Positions 11,291 through 22,840 of a stretch of DNA of 64,000 nt are shown piece after piece. This DNA is from Azolla caroliniana (lineage: Eukaryota; Plantae; Polypodiophyta). The notes under the pieces were generated by a model. It had not been told where the DNA came from and made no database searches. It worked only from the letters and a program-made list of their open reading frames with translations. The position numbers were made by a program, and so were the translations under genes. The stretch covers positions 12,090,001 to 12,154,000 of the forward strand of contig JBHGNT010000011.1 of assembly GCA_043228905.1 (NCBI GenBank), given 5' to 3'. Positions within the stretch are counted from its first letter, which is position 1, and every line of letters starts with the position of its first letter.

Positions 11291-12899
11291 CCATCTTGTC
11301 TTGGTCTTCGGGGTGCATCCTTATTTGATTGTAGCCGTTGAAACCATCTAGGAAGCTATACACTTCATAACCGGCTACCGCGTTCAACACTCCATTCGTA
11401 AATGGAAGTGGAAAGGTGTCGGTCATTGTTGCCGCATTGAGTTTCCGGTAGTCGACGCACACTCGGATCTTACAGTTATTTTTTGGCACGATGACTATGG
11501 GACTTAACCATGTCACTTTTTTCACTGGTCGGATAAAACCGACCCATAACAACTTGTCAATTTCCTCTTTGACCTTTGCCGCATAGTTAGGGTTCATCCG
11601 GTAACATCGTTGTGCTACCGGTTTGGCTTCCTTACTGAGATGTATATGGTGTTGGTACAATTGAGGATCCAACCCCCGCATGTCTTCATAGGACCAAGTG
11701 AATACGTCCCGGAATTCCTTTAATAAAGTGATCATCGCCATCTTGTTGTCCAGTGACATTTCCTTAGCAATATGAACCGGTCTTCCGTCGTCCCCGGTTC
11801 CTAAGTTCACTTCCTCTAACTGGGATGCTTTGACGCGTTGGGATACCGCCATCTCCCTCTCGAGAGCTTCCTGTGATTGCCGTAATTCTCTAATAGCTTC
11901 CCTATCCGGTTCCTCGTCGGCATCATCGGATTGCGTTATATATGGTGACACTGCTTCTGCCACATTGATTTCAAATAGGGGTATAATTTTTGGGTTTTCT
12001 TCTAAGTATTGGTCGAACTCTTTGTTAGCAAGCCCCTCGAGCATGTTTATACCTTCCGCATATAGCGGTGTCAGCTCCTTGTCGGTACTCGATCGAGGGT
12101 GGGTAGGTATCCTTACTTTAGCCTTTCCTTGCCGGAAGGTAATCGTGTTTGTCCACCGGTTTTGTTTGATATGCGCCGTTTTTAGCCATGGGCGGCCCAA
12201 CAACAATGGGTAAGCCCCTTGTGCATTGAGCTGGAGAGCCATTGCCGAAATGTGGAATGCGTGTCCTCCGATAGTTACGTCTAAATCCCATATCAAACCG
12301 GTAGGTCTTACCGAACATGTATCTGCCATCCGGAGCCAAAACGGGTAAGGCTCCCATTCCTGGATTCCTAGGGTATTACAAGTCCGTAGACAAATCACGT
12401 TCACGCCTGATCCTCTGTCCGCAATCGTCCCTGGTAGTTCTCGTCCTTTGACAATGGCGGTGATTGTCGGACTGTTCGTGTCCACCACTGCTAGCCCTTC
12501 TTCTGGATTTGAGAAGAACCCAGGAGCCGGCAACGGATTTGATGTGGTCATTCCTGATTTCAGCCCTTCCGTAAACCGGGGCACTAGCTGTAATAACCGA
12601 CCCAATGGCAATGTAATTTGACATTCTTGTAACGCTTGCCATGTTGGGTTTTCCGGTTGAATCGTGTCGGTGGCCTCTTCTGGTTTCTCCTTTTGTTGTT
12701 CAAGCTCAGCCACATTCCACTCATTAACCTTTTTCACCCACTCGGTAGCTTGCTTTCGGATTGCCTCCTGTGTTTCCCACTCCATTGTTTTGCCTTTTGC
12801 CCTGGTGGTGACTTCTTGTGTGTCGACGACTTCTGCTACCACCATGTTTACTACTAGCCGTTTCTTGTAACTTTTAACTGGGCATTGATTATTGTAATG
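11291..12899 (-). pseudogene. fragment of Tat/Athila-like gypsy polyprotein (end of Zn knuckle, protease, N-terminal RT)
   Basis: ORF 11172-12845 (DRGSGVNVI, LLGRPW, WLSPIVIVPK, RVCVDYRKLN, FLDGFNGYNQI) is closely related to 26500-28461. Confidence 0.9.
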
Positions 12900-13480
12900 T
12901 ACATCCTTATCCTCTTTTCTTCTTCATTAATAATTCCAGGCACAACAACAAGCCTATCAGCTCAAAAATATTGAAGATTTGCATCGAACTTCACAAGAAC
13001 ATTCAAACTTTTTAGATGAAGAATGCGGTGTTGTGAAGATTCGTCACTACGCGCGGATCGTGAAGCGGAACCGCCAGGGTTCTGGACTAGAAGGATTTAG
13101 AATCGATACAAGCTTTGGCGAGAAAGTACTTAAGATAGATTGGGAAAGAGAGAAGTTGAGATTACACGATTGAGAGAGATTGATTGAACTTTTAACTTTA
13201 GATTTAAGAAACAAGTTACACGATCAATTTGATAACGAATTTCTTCCTCTTAATTTTTATAAAAAAAAAATCGTGTTTTTTCTCCTCCCCCTTCCCTCTT
13301 TTATAGATGCTCTCATGCATATGATGCATGTGAGGGTACAAGACATGCATAAATTGCATGTTTGCCATTTGGCGCTTATGTATTACATGTGGTGCATGAT
13401 AACCATGTCACTTATTTTAGTTCTCATGTATGAGAATTTACATGTAAAAGTACAATGATAGAAATATAATTTCAACTAAA

Positions 13481-13552
13481 TAGCATGGTTTAATGGTAAG
13501 CCAATTGACTTCTAACTTGGAGGTGCAAGGTTTGAATCCTTACTTGCCCTCC
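13481..13552 (+). promoter_or_regulatory. tRNA-derived A/B-box module (tRNA-Arg(UCU)-like), antisense to its host LTR
   Basis: A box tggtttaatgg (13486), GACTTCTAA anticodon-loop-like motif, B box ggtttgaatcc (13529) in an aagg/cctt stem; 43-nt offset. Confidence 0.75.
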
Positions 13553-13599
13553 TTGTATATGTAAATATGTATATATATTTATATATTTATTTATCTAGT

Positions 13600-13722
13600 T
13601 GCCGGACGCCGGTTCGCCGGATACCATCGCCGGATGCCGTCGGTTACCGGTGCCTCGCCGGATGCCGTCGCCGGATACCGGTGCCGGATGCCGTCGGATC
13701 ACTGGCTCCATCGCCGATCCGG
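13600..13722. repeat. GC-rich degenerate tandem array (GCCGGATGCCGTC-like units) in LTR U3
   Basis: Repeated gccggat/gccggac units in an AT-rich context. Confidence 0.85.
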
Positions 13723-14776
13723 TTTTGGTTGGCCAAAACCCTTTACGAGTAGCTAGCCCACCTCCACTCTTAGTTCAAGTTACCTTGAACTCTCTATGCT
13801 CCACACATAGACACAAAGATAATATCTTTTGCTCCACCTTATATATGATGAGAGCTGTATTTGTCGTGCCTATGTGGGATATCTCACAATTTTCTCCTTT
13901 CCTTTTACAAACTTTATACCCTCATATCTTGACATTTAGTTGTCCGTTTCTCGTGTAATAAAGTGCATTGGAAACCTCCATCATTTTGTACTTAGATATT
14001 AAATCTATTTAAAATGTTATCTTTACAATTATTGTACTACGTGATTCATGCTCGATTTCGTACGTTTTATGGGATTTTCACACTATTGCCGAAAATCTTC
14101 ATGACAGCGGAAAACTGAAGACTCATTTGAAGGTAATACATGATGCTTTTCATCTTCAGAGTTGAATGTATCAGAAACATTTCTGTAACAGTTCAGTTGA
14201 ATAGAAATGGTGGTTTCCTTATATCAGGCCCTTTTCCAATCCAGAAAATGGGCATACGAGTCCTTTTCTGTTTATTTGTTTTCATGCCATTTTCTATGAA
14301 TGTCATTTTACAGGAAATGGAAAATCAAGTAGATAACTTGCTCAACGCTCAAGCCTTATTGAGAGTATGCAGAGGGAGAAGGCTGCATTGATTTCACAAA
14401 TAGCTTCACTTAAAAAGGTATCAACAAAACACAAATATGTATGTTTAAAACATTATATTTCATATCTTATATTGCTTTTCACTGTTACATTTACTCACAC
14501 TAAACAAGGGGTATATATTCTGATATCCATACAATAATATTTAAGTTCACCTGGAAATTACGTACTCTATAAAGCCTTGCCATAAGATATGCTTTAGGAA
14601 CTTAATGATTATACCATTTCAAGAGCTTACTGCTAGTTGTTCTAGAATCACGCATATATATTACACTTTTGTCCTCCCTTCTTATGTTGAAGCTCCAAGT
14701 TTAGGATACCACACTTAAAGCAAAAACATGGCCATACATACTTCTATGTAGAATTCCCCTTAGGCTACAAGAATCA

Positions 14777-15210
14777 TGTTAACTCTTAGGGCTGGACAAT
14801 GGCCTAACACAGGGTGTCTACGGAAGACACTTCACCAAAGGGGTGTTACGGCAAGAGGATTAGGCTCAACGATTAATCCGACTTAATTAGGTTACTTAGC
14901 AAGATCGTCCTTAATAATCACACGCGTAAGATATAACAATGAATGCAGAACGACAATTAACACAGAGAGATAAAAACACTCAGCTTCATTAATTATCCGT
15001 TGCTCATTACATTGTATCCGGGCCTTTAAATAGGTTTCCGGTTTGTAGTACAAAACGGTGCCATCCGCACCTGTTCGGGATCGGTCCGGATCCGGAACAG
15101 CATACTGATTCCGGTCCGTCCGTCCACACTAATAGCTTACTTACAACCATTCCTAATAATTAAATAACTCCTTCATTTCACACTCTGGACTCCTTTGCCA
15201 GCCAATAACA
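14777..15210 (-). repeat. 3' LTR of element A
   Basis: TGTTAAC...TAACA; about 17 substitutions versus 50688-51121 (by eye). Confidence 0.95.
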
Positions 15211-17289
15211 CATGGCACGCTCGTGGGACAATACCTTGTACGTCGAATCCACCATCCGACCCTTGCTATTCTTCGTCCAAAATATCCCGAATGCTTTGTT
15301 CAAGAGTCTCCAATGGTTCCTCTGGAATTGGTTGTTGTTGTTGTTGTGGTTGCTACTGTTGTTGTTGCTGCTCCGTTGATGGCTACTGCGATTGGTCCTT
15401 TGGTGGCGGTTGTGGCTGCTCCTCCATTTGTTGCTTTGACACTGGCGTTTCTGTCGTTGCTCCCTCCGTTGTAGTGGTCTCCGGTTGACTGGTTCCGGCC
15501 TAGCCCTCGGCCGGCGACGGTTCCTCATCACTAAGGTTAATCGTTGCTGCTTCCCGTGCTTTTTCTTCTCGAACCCGGGACCGCTCGTAGCTTTCAAACT
15601 GGATTTGAGTGTCCAGCCTATCATCGTCTAGCTGAGCTACGAGTTGTCGGACCTGCACCAACTGTTCATCCGCCAGGACTTGGAAGTCTTCGGCCAGCTC
15701 GTCCCGTATGGTGGTGAAGTCCTCGGAAGTCAACGTGTAACAATAATCTGCTTCCTTCCGCCAGTTTGCCACGTCTGCTCGTAGCAATTGGAGTTCCGCC
15801 GTATTTTGTGCCCACTTTGTCCACCATCTTACGGAGCTTTCGTCAATCAAGCGTTTTGTTTGATTCAGCCATGCCCGGAGGATGCACTGAATCCGGCCCG
15901 TTCCCATCTGCGATTTGATCTCCGCAGCTTGTCGTTCCTCCTTCAATTGCTTGATGATTTTGACATTATCTTCCGCCTGCTCCTTGTAATGCGTCAATTG
16001 CCTTTGATATGTGCGTTGTAATTTTTGCAATACCGTTGACGCTCTCTCCCTTTCTTCCTGTTCACTGAATCCGGCTCGTTCCCATCTGCGATTTGATCTC
16101 TGCAGCTTGTCGTTCCTCCTTCAATTGCTTGATGATTTTGACGTTATCTTCCGCCTGCTCCTTGTAATGTGTCAATTGCCTTTGATATGTGCTTTGTAAT
16201 TTTTGCAATACCGTTGACGCTCTCTCCCTTTCTTCCTGCTGCTGCCCCTGGAGCTCCATCCGGACCTTCTCCGCCTCGGCCAACCGTCTTGTATTTTCCG
16301 CACATTCGTCAGTGAGCGTCGTCGCGGCCCGATCAACTTCTTGCTGGAGCTCGGCCATCCATTCCTTATGCTCCGTTTCTAGCCGTTTGTAGTCTCGGTG
16401 CAGGTGTTCAAAATCATCTGTCTTTTTGCTTGAGCCGTACGTTGATCTGTCGACGGGCCCGGTCCTCGCGGTCCTTCTCCTGGCGGAGCTCCTCCTTTAG
16501 CCGTTCAATTTCCGTTTCCGCCGTCTTCCGCAGCTTGTCCTTTTCCTGCAGCACTTTGTCTTTTTCCTCCCTTAGTCGGTCGTACGCTTGAGGGCCTTTC
16601 CGGAGGCTCTCCTCTGCCCGGCGGAGGTTCTCAGCAGTCTTCTTTAATTCTGCTTCGACCGCTGTCTTCAATTCCCATTCACGGCTCCTTAGCGCTTCTT
16701 GTGCGGCAAGTTCATCTCTCAATTCCGCAAGTTCCTGGGCTTGCGCCGCATCTCTCTCTGGGACGGTTTCCGTTGTTGGGGTCTTATTAGTATGTACAGG
16801 TTGGTCTGGTTCTTTATTCTGTACACTTACCGGAGTCACCGGTGATTGGATCTGTGTTTTTCAAGGCACCGGATTCTGGACCGGGCTGTCTCTAGTTGTT
16901 CGGTTGTGATGAGCAACCGTTCGCTATGCGCTCTTTCTTCCGCCTCAATATACCCACTGCTCCGGCAATCTGTTCGCCTATCCACCGGAGCCACAGGCTA
17001 CCGGTGCATTGTTGTTGCGCTTGCACGGCGGTTTGACGGATGGGCTCGCTTGTGGGTCCCGCCTGATTGCATCGAGTTGCAATTCTGTTTCTGCCCGTGG
17101 ACCATCCTGCTGTCCTGGTTCCCCTTGCGCTTCTTCTTGGTTGGCCGAGGGAGGCTGCATTGACCTTTCCGGCTCTAGGGGAATGGGACTTCCCGGTGGT
17201 GCAGGGGCTTCTGATTCCGGTGCCATGCACACCGGTTCCGGTTCCTCCCTTGGCGTGGGAGTCTCAGTATGGGGAACCGGTGTTCCCTC
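15211..17289 (-). pseudogene. extra ORF of element A, C-terminal part (low complexity, long coiled coil, WxxW domain, Q-rich tail)
   Basis: ORF pieces 16978-17232, 16414-16839, 16062-16358 and 15500-16030; continuous with 23264-24440 once the chromovirus is removed. Confidence 0.8.
15885..16238. repeat. ~176-bp tandem duplication (period 178, frameshifting) in the extra ORF
   Basis: 15885-16060 and 16063-16238 both encode LQKLQ.TYQRQLTHYKEQAEDNVKIIKQLKEERQAAEIKSQMGT. Confidence 0.95.
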
Positions 17290-17317
17290 CGTCTTGTCAT
17301 GAACACATGACCATTAT

Positions 17318-17385
17318 GGTGTCACCCAGACTTGAACCTCGAACCTTGTAATCCATACTTGAAAACCTCAACCATTAAGATAGCT
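17318..17385 (-). promoter_or_regulatory. tRNA-like A/B-box module, antisense, in chromovirus U3 (second copy ~22848-22915)
   Basis: Minus strand tatcttaatgg...ggttcaagtc(c), 44-nt offset as in tRNA genes. Confidence 0.65.
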
Positions 17386-17452
17386 TATTGTTATATGAAA
17401 CAATAAAAGCTACTTCTTGTATTACATTGATTATTGTAAAAACTCTAGATTA

Positions 17453-17516
17453 TTCTAGAATGTTCTAGAATGTCCTAGAGCATTCTAGGTCTAGGACATT
17501 CTAGAACATTCTAGAA
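17453..17516 (+). promoter_or_regulatory. heat-shock element array upstream of the LTR TATA box
   Basis: TTCtaGAAtgTTCtaGAA (17453-17470) and TTCtaGAAcaTTCtaGAA (17499-17516) fit the nGAAn inverted-repeat consensus. Confidence 0.75.
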
Positions 17517-17752
17517 ATCTCTAAGCTATTCTATATGAACCTCTAAATAAGGGCATACATGTATTCTCAAATCAATTCGAATCAACACCAGTCTTTAGCT
17601 CTCATTATATATCTTGTATCCATTCTCTTTCTTTCTCTATCTTATACATCCATTCTTCTCTTAGTATTTCGTTCCTTTCTTCTCGTGTTCTCTAATATCC
17701 TTCTTCCATCACTCTATCCATCACTCTATCTTTTATCCTTGGTTCTGACAGT

Positions 17753-17764
17753 TTGATTCGAATT
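17753..17764 (+). promoter_or_regulatory. self-priming PBS
   Basis: TTGATTCGAATT is the exact complement of AATTCGAATCAA at 17574-17585, ~30 nt downstream of the TATA; no TGG tRNA-type PBS. Confidence 0.85.
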
Positions 17765-17767
17765 CGG

Positions 17768-17815
<48 letters not shown>

Positions 17816-17840
17816 CCTCCTTTGTAACCATCCTGAAACC

Positions 17841-19001
17841 ATGGTTGCCATTAACTCAGAAGAATATCTCACCCTTGTTGCAGAAATGGAGAACCTTAAA
17901 TCAAAGTTCGCATCTCTTGAAGTGGAGAATCAACGTCTACTTGGGGATCACCAAAAGGTTACTATAGAGAAGCAACAACAAGAGGAGTTCACGCGACGAG
18001 TGCAACAGTTAGAGTCGACAATCGTCGTGTTACAACAACAAAGGGTTGAAGGTCAGGGACTTATCAAGGAGCCCAAAATTAGCCTTCCAGCTAAATTTGA
18101 TGGGTCGAGGGCGCATTTCCGAGGTTTTTTGAATCAAGTACGGTTGGTGATTCAAATGCATCCCACACGTTATCCAACAGATGCATCACGAGTTGGGCTA
18201 GTGGGCACTTTATTGACTGGCATAGCGTTGTCGTGGTTTGCTCCATTGCTAGAGACCAATTCTCCTCTACTGAATAATTTCGAGGAATTTATCAAGGAAT
18301 TTAAGGCTTGTTTCGGAGATACTGATGGGGCGAGAACAACTATCAACAAGATTCATACACTTCGTCAAGGTGATCAACCAACTTCAACATATGCTGCCAA
18401 TTTCCGTCTCATCGCAAGCGATATTCCTTGGGATGAACAAGCCCTAATGGAGCAATTCTGTTCAGGCCTTCGTAGTGATGTCAAAGACTTACTTCTTACC
18501 TTCCCCGAGGATCCAAGGTCACTTACAGAAGCTATTAGTCGAGCAATACGGTGTGATAATCGCCTTTTTGAGCGTCGATGTGAGCGACAACAACAAATAA
18601 CAAGATCAAGATTCACACCAACTTATGCATCAGTAACGGCGCAATCATCTCCAAGGCAAATGTATAACCCTGCTCCAACTCCAAGGCAAACACGTAGTCC
18701 AGTCCCAATGGATAGTCCTACACCCATGGAGATCGATATGACTCAACAACGAGGACCGTTGTCAGACGAAGAGAAGCAACGTCGTCGAGCAAACCATCTG
18801 TGCTTATATTGTGGAGGTCCAGGACATATAGCCATTCATTGCTCCCGTAGGCCGAGACGTCAGGTAAATCAAATTCACTATGACAATAAAAATGAGTCCA
18901 ACATTTTAGAAGTAGTTAGTGAATCTAATATTATGAATAATCCACCCTTGTCCAATAAATTTGAAGTCCTAAGCCAATTAGAAGAGGACTCAAACGAATA
19001 A
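17841..19001 (+). CDS. gag: chromovirus Gag (386 aa)
   Basis: EPKISLPAKFDG, LRQG...YAANF, PMEID, CLYCGGPGHIAIHC. Confidence 0.92.
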   Translation: MVAINSEEYLTLVAEMENLKSKFASLEVENQRLLGDHQKVTIEKQQQEEFTRRVQQLESTIVVLQQQRVEGQGLIKEPKISLPAKFDGSRAHFRGFLNQVRLVIQMHPTRYPTDASRVGLVGTLLTGIALSWFAPLLETNSPLLNNFEEFIKEFKACFGDTDGARTTINKIHTLRQGDQPTSTYAANFRLIASDIPWDEQALMEQFCSGLRSDVKDLLLTFPEDPRSLTEAISRAIRCDNRLFERRCERQQQITRSRFTPTYASVTAQSSPRQMYNPAPTPRQTRSPVPMDSPTPMEIDMTQQRGPLSDEEKQRRRANHLCLYCGGPGHIAIHCSRRPRRQVNQIHYDNKNESNILEVVSESNIMNNPPLSNKFEVLSQLEEDSNE

Positions 19002-19027
19002 GTCCGGCCAAAATAGGAGCCATTTGG

Positions 19028-22000
19028 TTGGACAACCCTAGATATGTACAACCTAGTGTGGGTTCCATTACTTCCAAGCATGTTAGTAGAGTCTTCTCAG
19101 CCCTAGTACAAGTTAGGACACCCAGTTGTCAACTTCAAGTCCAAGCCCTCTTAGATACTGGAGCCAATTCTTGTTTCATGGATAGAGATTTTGCCCAAAA
19201 ACACCAAATATCCTTGCATACACTTCCTTGTCCAATTTCCGTAGTAGTGATTGATGGACGCCCCATAGCTTCCGGGAAGATATTTGAAGAGTCTGAGCCA
19301 ATACACATACTCTTGGGTGATTTAGGATGTGTAGTTTCCTTTAACATAATCGGTAGTCCTGAGCATCCAATTGTCCTCGGTTTGCCATGGTTCGAGCTAC
19401 ATAACCCTAGAATCGATTGGAGGAAGCGAGAACTTAGGTGCCCTTTAGCAGAAAATATCATTGTCAAGGATCGAACTCAGGATTATCCTCCCAAAGTATA
19501 TAGTTCTACCGATGCACCATATCCTTCTCCTCAAATTTCAGCCATCACATTGCAACAATTGCGCCAAGTGGGAGGCAAGGAGGACGTTTTCTTATTTGCA
19601 GTATCAGTGACACCTTCTAGTGTCACTCAAGGGAATTCAGACATCCAAATTCCCAAAAAATATCAAGACTATGCTGATGTTTTCGAGAAAGTCAAAGCTA
19701 GTGTTCTTCCAAAGCATCGGCTGTACGACTGTCCTATTGATCTCCAACCAGGAAAAGAGCCACCGCGGGGTCCGATTTACAATTTATCACCCACTGAGCT
19801 TGAGGTTCTTCGAGAATACATCGAGGAAAATCTTGCACATGGGTTTATTCGACATTCAAAGTCTCCAGCTGGTGCTCCTATCTTTTTTGTGAAGAAAAAG
19901 GACGGCTCCCTTCGTTTGGTCGTGGACTATCGAGGCTTAAATAAAGTCACCATAAGGAATAGGTATGCTTTACCTTTAATCTCCAATCTCTTAGAACGCA
20001 TTGGTGGGGCAAAGCATTTTACCAAAATTGATCTAAGGGGTGCATATAATCTTGTTCGAATTCGGCCGGGAGATGAGTGGAAAACAACATTTCGTCCTCG
20101 GTATGGTCATTTCGAGTATACAATCATGCCTTTTGAGCTCACAAATGCACCTGCCATATTCCAACATATGGCAAATGACATCTTCCGGGATTTCTTGGAT
20201 ATTTTTCTAATCATCTACCTAGATGATCTATTGATTTACTCTAAAACATAGGGGGAGCATGATATACATGTGCGGCAAGTACTTGAACGCCTAAGGAAGT
20301 ATGGTCTTTACACCAAACTTGAGAAATGCAGTTTTGATTGCAAACAAGTCGAATTTTTGGGATAAACTATTTCATCCCATGGTGTTTTCATGGACCCGGC
20401 AAAAGTCCAAACAATATTGGAATGGAAACCCCCATGCTTAGTTCGGGATGTCCAGTGTTTCCTCGGATTTGCGAACTTCTATCGCAAATTCATACATAAT
20501 TATTCAAGCATTGTGTTGCCCCTTACTCAACTCACCAAGAAAAATCAAGCATTTTTTTGGAGTATCGAAGCGGACAAGGCTTTTACATAGCTGAAAGAGG
20601 CATTCACATCAGCACCCATCCTAGCACATATTGATCCTGAAAAGCCATTTACTATTGAGGCGGATGCATCAGACTTTGCATTGGGGAGTATCCTATCGCA
20701 ACCAGGCGAGGATGAGCAGATACATCCAGTCACGTTTCACTCGAGAAAATTTACTGTTTCAGAGATAAACTATGAGGTGCATGACAAGGAGTTACTAGTT
20801 GTGGTCGACTCATTCGAGCAATGGCGTCATTTTCTAGAAGGATCACCTCATCAGATTATCATTTATAGTGATCACAAAAATCTCACATATTTTCAAACAA
20901 CTCTAGTATTAAATAGACGACAAGCTCGGTGGGCCCAATTTCTAACGCGTTTCGATTTGAAGATCATTTTTCACCCCGGAAAACAACAAGGGAAAGCAGA
21001 TGCTCTGTCTCGGCATTCGTATCTAGCACTTCGACCTGGAGATCCAGCCTTTGACAATCAAAAGCAAACTCTCCTCGGGCCATCAAAGCTACAGGTAACA
21101 ACAATTTATGCCACACCACTTGATTCTACCCTTCTTGACACTATTCGGCAACAACTTCATTCGGATGATTTTGCTAAGGATGTCTTAGCCCACTGTGGTT
21201 CAAGTCATCCATCTTGCTCCACATTGCCAGGGTCATCTCAACATTATCAGGAGTTCAAGTGGCAAGATGGTTTACTCTTCTACAAGAATCTCCTTTACGT
21301 CCCCAACGGATCACCCCAACTTCAAGTGTTGGAACATTGTCATGATGCCCCCATGGCTGGACATTTTGGTATTTCCAAGACCATTGAGCTGGTGAAACGT
21401 TCGTTTTGGTGGCCTCACTTGCAAAAATTTGTCGAAGATTATGTTCGCACTTGTGACACCTACTATCGCGCCAAAATACCCCGACATCACCCTTATGGCT
21501 CACTACAAGTGTTGGAACATTGTCATGATGCCCCCATGGCTGGACATTTTGGTATTTCCAAGACCATTGAGCTGGTGAAACGTTCGTTTTGGTGGCCTCA
21601 CTTGCAAAAATTTGTCGAAGATTATGTTCGCACTTGTGACACCTACTATCGCGCCAAAATACCCCGACATCACCCTTATGGCTCACTACAACCATTACCC
21701 CTTCCCAACAAGCCATGGCAGTCTATTTCTATGGATTTCATTATGGATCTGCCACCTTCCAAAGGCTTTGATACTATTTTAACAGTAGTGGATCGGTTCA
21801 CCAAGATGGCACATTTTGTACCATGTGTAAAGACCATCAATAGCGAAGAAATTGCAGATCTCATTATGTGTGAAGTGTTTCGCCATCATGGTCTCCCGAA
21901 TGATATTATTAGCGATCAAGGTCCTCAATTTATGTCACACTTTTGGAAGCACCTATGGGCAGGCCTCAAAATCTCTTGCAAACTCTCTTCGGCTTATCAT

Positions 22001-22840
22001 CCACAAACTAACGGACAAACAAAGCGCACAAATCAAACGCTCGAGCAATATCTTCGATGTTTCATTAGTTATCAACAAGATGATTGGAGTAATATTTTAC
22101 ATCTTGCCGAGTTTGCATACAACAACACGGTCCAATCTTCTACCAAAGTTACACATTTCTTTGCCTACACCGGCAACCACCCTCGATGGTGTATACTGGA
22201 TCTTCCCGAAGTGTCATGAAACCCTAGTGCGGCGCATCACCTCCACCGACTACAACAAATCCAGTTCGAGTTATCGTCCCATCTTCAGAAAGCGCAAGCA
22301 CACCATAAGACCAATGCCGATCAACATCGTCTTAAGCCTCCGTTTAAGGTTGGTGACCGTGTATGGTTGCCTCGTCGTCACATCAAGACTACCCGACCGT
22401 GTGCAAAGCTTGACTATCAACGTTTAGGTCCTTTTGTCATCACGGCGCAGATTAATGATGCAACATTTCGTCTTAACCTTCCTGCACATATGCGGCTTCA
22501 CCCTGTCTTTCATAGCTCTCTTTTGGAACCTTGCCGCACCTCTTTAATTCCTAATCGTGTCGTGCCACCACCGCCTTTTGTACAACTTGTGGACGGCCCC
22601 GAATACGAGGTAGCTGCTATTCTCGATTCTAAGATTGTGCGCAATAAGCTTTATTATCTAGTTGATTGGCTTGGTTATCCACCGAGTGATCGCACTTGGG
22701 AACCCATCGATAACGTTTGTAATGCTGAAGCTCTGGTCAACGACTTCCATCGTCACTATCCAAACAAGCCCGGCCCAACAATGTTAACGCCGATTTCCAC
22801 TCGGCGTTCTCGAAGGAGGGATAGTGTCATGAACACATGA
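19028..22840 (+). pseudogene. pol: chromovirus Pol (PR-RT-RH-IN-chromodomain), several in-frame stops
   Basis: ORFs 19028-20251, 20390-20590, 20681-22219 and 22367-22840 share one frame; chromodomain EYEVAAILDSK...YLVDWLGY...TWEP. Confidence 0.93.
21323..21691 (+). repeat. 183-bp in-frame tandem duplication of the integrase Zn-binding region
   Basis: QVLEHCHDAPMAGHFG...PRHHPYGSL occurs twice; CAA microhomology at the junction. Confidence 0.95.

Larger units (their letters stand above)
13029..14106 (-). mobile_element. solo LTR of Trp-family type, 4-bp TSD GCGG
   Basis: Minus strand TGTCATGAAGATT...CTTCACAACA; GCGG at 13025-13028 and 14107-14110; U5 resembles solo LTR 57643-58472; removal restores the exon frame. 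Confidence 0.9.
12940..14417 (+). pseudogene. two-exon fragment of a coiled-coil protein gene; exon 1 split by a solo LTR
   Basis: Exon 12940-13028 plus 14111-14132 (ccag|GCA...AAG|gtaat; 111 nt, AQQQAYQLKNIEDLHRTSQEHSNFLDEECGKLKTHLK). Exon 14314-14417 (tttacag|GAA...AAG|gtat; EMENQVDNLLNAQA/IESMQREKAALISQIASLKK, 1-nt frameshift). Confidence 0.7.
17295..17750 (+). repeat. 5' LTR of chromovirus
   Basis: Direct repeat of 22825-23258 with about 10 substitutions and two small indels. Confidence 0.95.

Noticed and set aside
10403-13552. Inverted repeat pair (10403-10470 / 13481-13552) as TIRs of a DNA transposon
   Set aside because: Each lies inside a separate, oppositely oriented LTR with its own termini; no TSD around the pair.
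13481-13552. Functional tRNA gene
   Set aside because: Acceptor and anticodon stems do not pair and it is embedded in an LTR; same for the other tRNA-like modules.
13600-13722. CRISPR-like array (also 8498-8650)
   Set aside because: No unique spacers, degenerate units, eukaryotic TE context, no cas genes.
14040-14110. Apparent exon DFHTIAENLHDS upstream of the 14132 donor
   Set aside because: 14040-14106 is solo-LTR sequence; the true exon start is 12940.
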